Shown: positions 63,865-64,000 of the stretch, piece after piece
Position numbering within the stretch: position 1 is the stretch's first letter
How the letters are laid out: every line of letters starts with the position of its first letter
Assembly: GCA_964022095.1 (NCBI GenBank)
Contig: CAXHZO010000002.1
Location: 96,001 to 160,000, forward strand
Direction: 5' to 3'
Source: an uncultured Arcobacteraceae bacterium
GTDB taxonomy: Bacteria; Campylobacterota; Campylobacteria; Campylobacterales; Arcobacteraceae
DNA: 64,000 nucleotides
Translations under genes and position numbers: made by a program
The notes under the pieces: model-generated
What the model saw: the letters and a program-made list of their open reading frames with translations, nothing else
Told to the model about the DNA's origin: nothing
The model's database searches: none

Positions 63865-64000
63865 TTGAAAAGAGCAATTATACTTATGAATATGGGTGGA
63901 CCAAATAACCTTGATGAAGTTAGAGTTTTTTTACATAATATGTTTAATGACAAGTATATTATTGGTGCACCACAACCAATAAGAGCAATGATTGCTAAAT
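63865..64000 (+). CDS. hemH: Ferrochelatase, 5' partial
   Basis: Manual translation from TTG: MKRAIILMNMGGPNNLDEVRVFLHNMFNDKYII...; AAGGA RBS. Confidence 0.9.
   Translation, partial: MKRAIILMNMGGPNNLDEVRVFLHNMFNDKYIIGAPQPIRAMIAK

Overview
Very AT-rich chromosomal window from a Campylobacterota bacterium, most likely Arcobacteraceae. This is inferred from gene order (rlpA-hisB-kdsC-lptC-lptA-engB-argA, ppiD-ftsA-ftsZ, cbpA-hspR, monomeric icd, head-to-head mltG/AsmA-like, secA-lolA-rnpB). Most of it is core housekeeping, interleaved with accessory signalling and transport loci: a split RND efflux operon, a Sel1/Hcp protein, a TIGR02285-like binding protein with a hybrid kinase, a stand-alone PAS protein with a NIT chemoreceptor, and a DUF1104/OmpR-type two-component system. 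The right end (56.4-64 kb) holds a light/photo-oxidative-stress-type cluster (DUF523/DUF1722, photolyase, CrtI-like oxidoreductase, SRPBCC, ferrochelatase) wrapped around a LytS/LytTR pair. The two best leads are: (1) a shared TATAAACTG-N10-CCTAC motif with LytTR-like features upstream of both arms of that cluster, suggesting LytS/LytTR control; and (2) a 34/35-bp identical non-coding element present twice in inverted orientation (44345-44379 and 51968-52002), at the promoters of the PAS/NIT-MCP operon and of an uncharacterised HTH protein. I saw no tRNA, rRNA, CRISPR array, transposase or integrase. All family assignments are by-eye motif recognition, not database searches.
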